This document shows, piece after piece, positions 61,401-64,000 of a stretch of DNA of 64,000 nt; the first letter of the stretch is position 1, and each line of letters opens with the position of its first letter. The position numbers and the translations under genes are program-made. The stretch is taken from NCBI GenBank assembly GCA_040954595.2, contig CM082589.2, forward strand, positions 3,858,213 through 3,922,212. Reading direction: 5' to 3'. The notes under the pieces were generated by a model. That model did not search any database. It saw only the letters and a list, made by a program, of their open reading frames with translations, and had not been told where the DNA came from. Source of the DNA: Balanoglossus misakiensis. Taxonomy: Eukaryota; Animalia; Hemichordata.

Positions 61401-64000
61401 TTTTGAAGATTTTCCTGAGCTATAACCCATGGTTTTTATCAACAAATGACCAAATTTTGAAAATTCGCGAAGTCGAAAAATGGTCGATTTTTGAAGATTT
61501 TCCTGAGCTATAACCCATGGTTTTTATCAAGAAATGACCAAATTTTGAAAATTCGCGAAGTCGAAAAATGGTCGATTTTTGAAGATTTTCCTGAGCTATA
61601 ACCCATGGTTTTTATCAAGAAATGACCAAATTTTGAAAATTCGCAAAGTCGTAAAATGGTCGATTTTTGAAGATTTTCCTGAGCTATAACCCATGGTTTT
61701 TATCAAGAAATGACCAAATTTTGAAAATTCGCGAAGTCGAAAAATGGTCGATTTTTGAAGATTTTCCTGAGCTATAACCCATGGTTTTTATCAAGAAATG
61801 ACCAAATTTTGACAATTCGCGAAGTCGAAAAATGGTCGATTTTTGAAGATTTTCCTGAGCTATAACCCATGGTTTTTATCAAGAAATGACCAAATTTTGA
61901 AAGTTCGCGAAGTCGAAAAATGGTCGATTTTTGAAGATTTTCCTGAGCTATAACCCATGGTTTTTATCAAGAAATGACCAAATTTTGAAAATTCGCGAAG
62001 TCGAAAAATGGTCGATTTTTGAAGATTTTCCTGAGCTATAACCCATGGTTTTTATCAAGAAATGACCAAATTTTGAAAATTCGCAAAGTCGAAAAATGGT
62101 CGATTTTTGAAGATTTTCCTGAGCTATAACCCATGGTTTTTATCAAGAAATGACCAAATTTTGAAAATTCGCAAAGTCGAAAAATGGTCGATTTTTGAAG
62201 ATTTTCCTGAGCTATAACCCATGGTTTTTATCAAGAAATGACCAAATTTTGAAAATTCGCGAAGTCGAAAAATGGTCGATTTTTGAAGATTTTCCTGAGC
62301 TATAACCCATGGTTTTTATCAAGAAATGACCAAATTTTGAAAATTCGCAAAGTCGAAAAATGGTCGATTTTTGAAGATTTTCCTGAGCTATAACCCATGG
62401 TTTTTATCAAGAAATGACCAAATTTTGAAAATTCGCAAAGTCGAAAAATGGTCGATTTTTGAAGATTTTCCTGAGCTATAACCCATGGTTTTTATCAAGA
62501 AATGACCAAATTTTGAAAATTCGCAAAGTCGAAAAATGGTCGATTTTTGAAGATTTTCCTGAGCTATAACCCATGGTTTTTATCAAGAAATGACCAAATT
62601 TTGAAAATTCGCGAAGTCGAAAAATGGTCGATTTTTGAAGATTTTCCTGAGCTATAACCCATGGTTTTTATCAAGAAATGACCAAATTTTGAAAATTCGC
62701 GAAGTCGAAAAATGGTCGATTTTTGAAGATTTTCCTGAGCTATAACCCATGGTTTTTTTCAAAAAATGAAGAAATTTTGAAAGTTCGCAAAGTCGAAAAA
62801 TTGTCATTTTTGGATGATTTTCATGAGCTATAACCCATGATTATTTTCAAAAAATGAAAACATTTTGAAAGTTCGCAAAGTCGAAAAATGGTCGATTTTT
62901 GAAGATTTTCCTGAGCTATAACCCATGGTTTTTATCAAGAAATGACCAAATTTTGAAAATTCGCGAAGTCGAAAAATCGTCGATTTTTGAAGATTTTCCT
63001 GAGCTATAACCCATGGTTTTTATCAAGAAATGACCAAATTTTGAAAATTCGCGAAGTCGAAAAATGGTCGATTTTTGAAGATTTTCCTGAGCTATAACCC
63101 ATGGTTTTTATCAAGAAATGACCAAATTTTGAAAATTCGCAAAGTCGTAAAATGGTCGATTTTTGAAGATTTTCCTGAGCTATAACCCATGGTTTTTATC
63201 AAGAAATGACCAAATTTTGAAAATTCGCGAAGTCGAAAAATGGTCGATTTTTGAAGATTTTCCTGAGCTATAACCCATGGTTTTTATCAAGAAATGACCA
63301 AATTTTGACAATTCGCGAAGTCGAAAAATGGTAGATTTTTGAAGATTTTCCTGAGCTATAACCCATGGTTTTTATCAAGAAATGACCAAATTTTGAAAGT
63401 TCGCGAAGTCGAAAAATGGTCGATTTTTGAAGATTTTCCTGAGCTATAACCCATGGTTTTTATCAAGAAATGACCAAATTTTGAAAATTCGCGAAGTCGA
63501 AAAATGGTCGATTTTTGAAGATTTTCCTGAGCTATAACCCATGGTTTTTATCAAGAAATGACCAAATTTTGAAAATTCGCGAAGTCGAAAAATGGTCGAT
63601 TTTTGAAGATTTTCCTGAGCTATAACCCATGGTTTTTATCAAGAAATGACCAAATTTTGACAATTCGCGAAGTCGAAAAATGGTCGATTTTTGAAGATTT
63701 TCCTGAGCTATAACCCATGGTTTTTATCAAGAAATGACCAAATTTTGAAAGTTCGCGAAGTCGAAAAATGGTCGATTTTTGAAGATTTTCCTGAGCTATA
63801 ACCCATGGTTTTTATCAAGAAATGACCAAATTTTGAAAATTCGCGAAGTCGAAAAATGGTCGATTTTTGAAGATTTTCCTGAGCTATAACCCATGGTTTT
63901 TATCAAGAAATGACCAAATTTTTGAAATTCGCGAAGTCGAAAAATGGTCGATTTTTGAAGATTTTCCTGAGCTATAACCCATGGTTTTTATCAAGAAATG
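55477..64000. repeat. Satellite DNA array, 88-bp monomer, ~97 copies, runs off the window end
   Basis: Consensus GAGCTATAACCCATGGTTTTTATCAAGAAATGACCAAATTTTGAAAATTCGCGAAGTCGAAAAATGGTCGATTTTTGAAGATTTTCCT; period 88 (e.g. 55611 to 55699); monomers directly adjacent with no unique spacers. Confidence 0.98.

Noticed and set aside
55477-64000. Possible CRISPR array or repeat-protein ORFs (59661-59929, 55379-55588)
   Set aside because: Monomers are contiguous with no unique spacers and there are no cas genes in this eukaryotic context; the ORFs are chance products of a 1-bp deletion or the array junction

Overview
Eukaryotic (animal) genomic DNA with AT-rich introns and GC3-rich exons. The style suggests an invertebrate deuterostome such as a hemichordate, but that is inference only. 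The window holds two tandem, same-strand, 10-coding-exon TRPC-family (canonical transient receptor potential) cation channel genes with identical intron phases. TRPC-A has CDS 2755-23481 (~984 aa by my exon sum). TRPC-B has shared exons 38302-45221 (~1004-1005 aa). TRPC-B is preceded by three intact, paralogous first coding exons (27973, 30153, 30975). Each encodes a different version of the N-terminal ankyrin segment and ends in the same phase-1 donor, giving a variable-first-exon/constant-body layout. Both channels are atypical: they carry a ~165-175 aa acidic, coiled-coil-like insertion in the S3-S4 extracellular loop and lack the HxxxCxCxxC zinc site. A single-exon PLAC8/cornifelin-family gene lies antisense in intron 4 of TRPC-B only. 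TRPC-A has a GC-AG intron where TRPC-B has GT-AG. Also present are TTAA-flanked non-autonomous DNA transposons (Kolobok-like), microsatellites, and an 88-bp satellite array (~55477 to window end) with internal multi-monomer duplications. All exon boundaries were read by eye; no database searches were run.
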